Shown here: in pieces, positions 17,674 to 19,261 of the stretch
Numbering within the stretch: position 1 is the first letter of the stretch
Layout of the letters: each line of letters begins with the position of its first letter
From: Chthonomonadales bacterium
GTDB lineage: Bacteria; Armatimonadota; Chthonomonadetes; Chthonomonadales; Chthonomonadaceae
NCBI GenBank assembly: GCA_038217285.1
Contig: JBBQPO010000098.1
Location: forward strand, 1-19,261
Length of the DNA: 19,261 nt
Direction: 5' to 3'
Translations under genes and position numbers: made by a program
The notes under the pieces: generated by a model
What the model was told of the DNA's origin: nothing
The model's input: the letters and a program-made list of their open reading frames with translations, nothing else
Databases searched by the model: none

Positions 17674-17740
17674 AAAGGGCCGCAGCTCCGCGCGACAAAG
17701 ACACCTTTGTGTCTTCATCGCGCGGCAACCGCGACCCTCT
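17674..17740 (-). terminator. Long stem-loop just downstream of the IPT/TIG gene (terminator, stabiliser or REP-like element)
   Basis: Minus strand AGGGUCGCGGUUGCCGCGCGAUGAAGACAC-AAAG-GUGUCUUUGUCGCGCGGAGCUGCGGCCCU forms about 29 bp with one bulge. It lies about 30 nt after the stop at 17768; the U-tail is weak. Confidence 0.55.
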
Positions 17741-17767
17741 TCGACTCTCTTCGCCAGTATAGGCCGG

Positions 17768-19261
17768 TTAATGATAGGGGGCGGGCATGATAACGCGATT
17801 GGAAAGAACGAACGCTTTGCCATGCACCGTGCCGCGTACCTGCAGAATGCCGGTGTCACCTGCGACGCTGGAGTGGGGCGGCAGGATCACCTGCACGCTG
17901 CAGTAGCCGCCGGGAGTGAGAAGGGGAAGCGGCGACGGAGTTCCGCTCGCGGTAAATGTCTTGCCGTTGACAAGCAGTTTCACCGAGGTGATCACCACGT
18001 CACCCAGATCGTTCTTGCCCGCATTGGTCAGCGTGATCAGGTCGGCGACGGTATCGCCTTCCGGCTCATTCTGGATAGCAGGCTCATGACGAAGCAGACT
18101 ATGCGCCGCCACAAGGTGAGGAATGTCCGCGGCCGTAGGAGCGACCTCATACGCGGCTGTCACGCTGCCACCGCCAGGCGCAGGAGTGCTTACCGTAACG
18201 GGGTGGATTCCCGCCAGACAGTCCGGACTCAGAAGCGGAACCTGCAGTTCGTTGCGCGAGACCAGCAGTGCCGGGCGAGAGGTGTTTCCGATTTGCACGG
18301 TGGTATCGAGGGTGAAACCATCGCCGCGCACAATCAGAAGCGGGCTGTTGTCTGTAGGAGAGTGCCCCTTGACGACATCGGTCAGGGTCGGGGCGGCATT
18401 ATTCACCACGAAGGTCTGCAACAACACCGGCGTCTGATTGAGGCCACTGTTGATAAACGAAAGGGTATGAGAGCCGCCGAGATCCATCAGGAAATCGGGA
18501 ACCTCGCCTGTCACCAGGAAGCCGTCGGGAACTGAAGGATCCGACTGGCGACTGGTGACGATCGGAATATCGTCGTACAGCAGGGTGGCGTCCGGCGGGA
18601 TGTTGAGACTGTGCAGCGGCACGGTGAACTTGCCCGTTCCCGTATATGCGACGAGCTGTCCGCCCGGCACCCGGGTCGGGTCGAAGGCGATAGCACCGAA
18701 CAGATCAGCGGTAAGCGCGGGACGAGGCCAGTAGATCGTGACCGGATTGATGACGATGTCGAAGACCAATACCAGACTGTGGTGCACACCGGACACCGTT
18801 ACCGGGCGGTACCGTCCTAACCGGCCCGGTTCCAGGATATCTACCGAGAAAAATCCGTTCTCGTCCACAGTCGTCGGAATATTGAAGGTCTGCTGTGCGC
18901 CCTGGATGGTTAACGTGATGGGGCTGCCGTTAAGCGCCGTGTTGGTGACATGGCCTGCGATGGTTGCCGTACCGTTGTTGTCAACGACTTCACGCGTAAT
19001 GGCGTCGAAATTGCTGGCAGCCGTCGTGGCGCTGGCGCCGATGACGAAGGGGGGACAGACGAAGCTGCTGGGAGAAGGCAGCGCGAACGACTGCTGGAAG
19101 AGCGGGACAACAAACGTGGTGTCCACGGTCTGCGTACCGAATGGGTTCAGGTTGAAGCTGAAGAGGTCGTATCCGTAGAGCCGCCCCCCACCCGTGAGGG
19201 GGGGGGGGTAGGGGGGCAGGGACGGGTCTAAGGTGCTGGCCGAATCTTGCGAGCAGCTAGT
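17768..19261 (-). CDS. Large beta-rich, probably extracellular protein with IPT/TIG domain(s); 5' end lies beyond the window
   Basis: The frame stays open upstream of the track's GTG at 19126 to the window edge (TSCSQDSASTLDPSLPPYPPPLTGGGRLYGYDLFSFNLNPFGTQTV). IPT/TIG-like NAAPTLTDV..LIVRGDGFTLDTTVQIG..VSRNELQV..VTVSTPAPGGG. Confidence 0.75.
   Translation of the reverse strand, partial: TSCSQDSASTLDPSLPPYPPPLTGGGRLYGYDLFSFNLNPFGTQTVDTTFVVPLFQQSFALPSPSSFVCPPFVIGASATTAASNFDAITREVVDNNGTATIAGHVTNTALNGSPITLTIQGAQQTFNIPTTVDENGFFSVDILEPGRLGRYRPVTVSGVHHSLVLVFDIVINPVTIYWPRPALTADLFGAIAFDPTRVPGGQLVAYTGTGKFTVPLHSLNIPPDATLLYDDIPIVTSRQSDPSVPDGFLVTGEVPDFLMDLGGSHTLSFINSGLNQTPVLLQTFVVNNAAPTLTDVVKGHSPTDNSPLLIVRGDGFTLDTTVQIGNTSRPALLVSRNELQVPLLSPDCLAGIHPVTVSTPAPGGGSVTAAYEVAPTAADIPHLVAAHSLLRHEPAIQNEPEGDTVADLITLTNAGKNDLGDVVITSVKLLVNGKTFTASGTPSPLPLLTPGGYCSVQVILPPHSSVAGDTGILQVRGTVHGKAFVLSNRVIMPAPYH
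19198..19226 (+). repeat. G11 homopolymer within a G-quadruplex-type motif (G11-TA-G6-CA-G3-AC-G3)
   Basis: Read directly from 19198-19226; encodes a Pro-rich stretch on the minus strand. Confidence 0.8.

Noticed and set aside
1-19261. CRISPR arrays, tRNA/rRNA genes, IS elements
   Set aside because: No regularly spaced repeats, cloverleaf or rRNA-like sequence, or transposase motifs were seen.

Overview
GC-rich bacterial chromosomal window with four blocks. (1) <1-3538, minus strand: an exported redox operon encoding a DUF6599-like secreted protein, a Tat-signal DUF362 protein and a membrane polyferredoxin. The polyferredoxin runs off the left edge and is missing from the ORF track. (2) 3842-6067, plus strand: a discoidin-like domain plus a double beta-helix (Pectate_lyase_3/GH55-like) carbohydrate enzyme. 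(3) 6170-14454, minus strand: a five-gene defence operon, hsdM-hsdS-[ABC ATPase]-[HNH nuclease]-hsdR. This is a Type I restriction-modification system with a Septu/PtuAB-like effector pair inserted between hsdS and hsdR, and every junction is a 4-nt start/stop overlap. (4) 14749->19261, minus strand: a cytoplasmic PAS-PAS hybrid histidine kinase, a single-domain response regulator, and a 5'-partial IPT/TIG protein with a G11 tract. The best candidate for a new system is the RM-embedded, retron-less PtuAB-like module, possibly an RM guard. Other oddities are an abrupt intragenic codon-usage switch in the polyferredoxin, an in-frame TGA plus hairpin ahead of the glycosidase, and a long G-U-rich hairpin. 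All family calls come from motif recognition by eye, not database searches.
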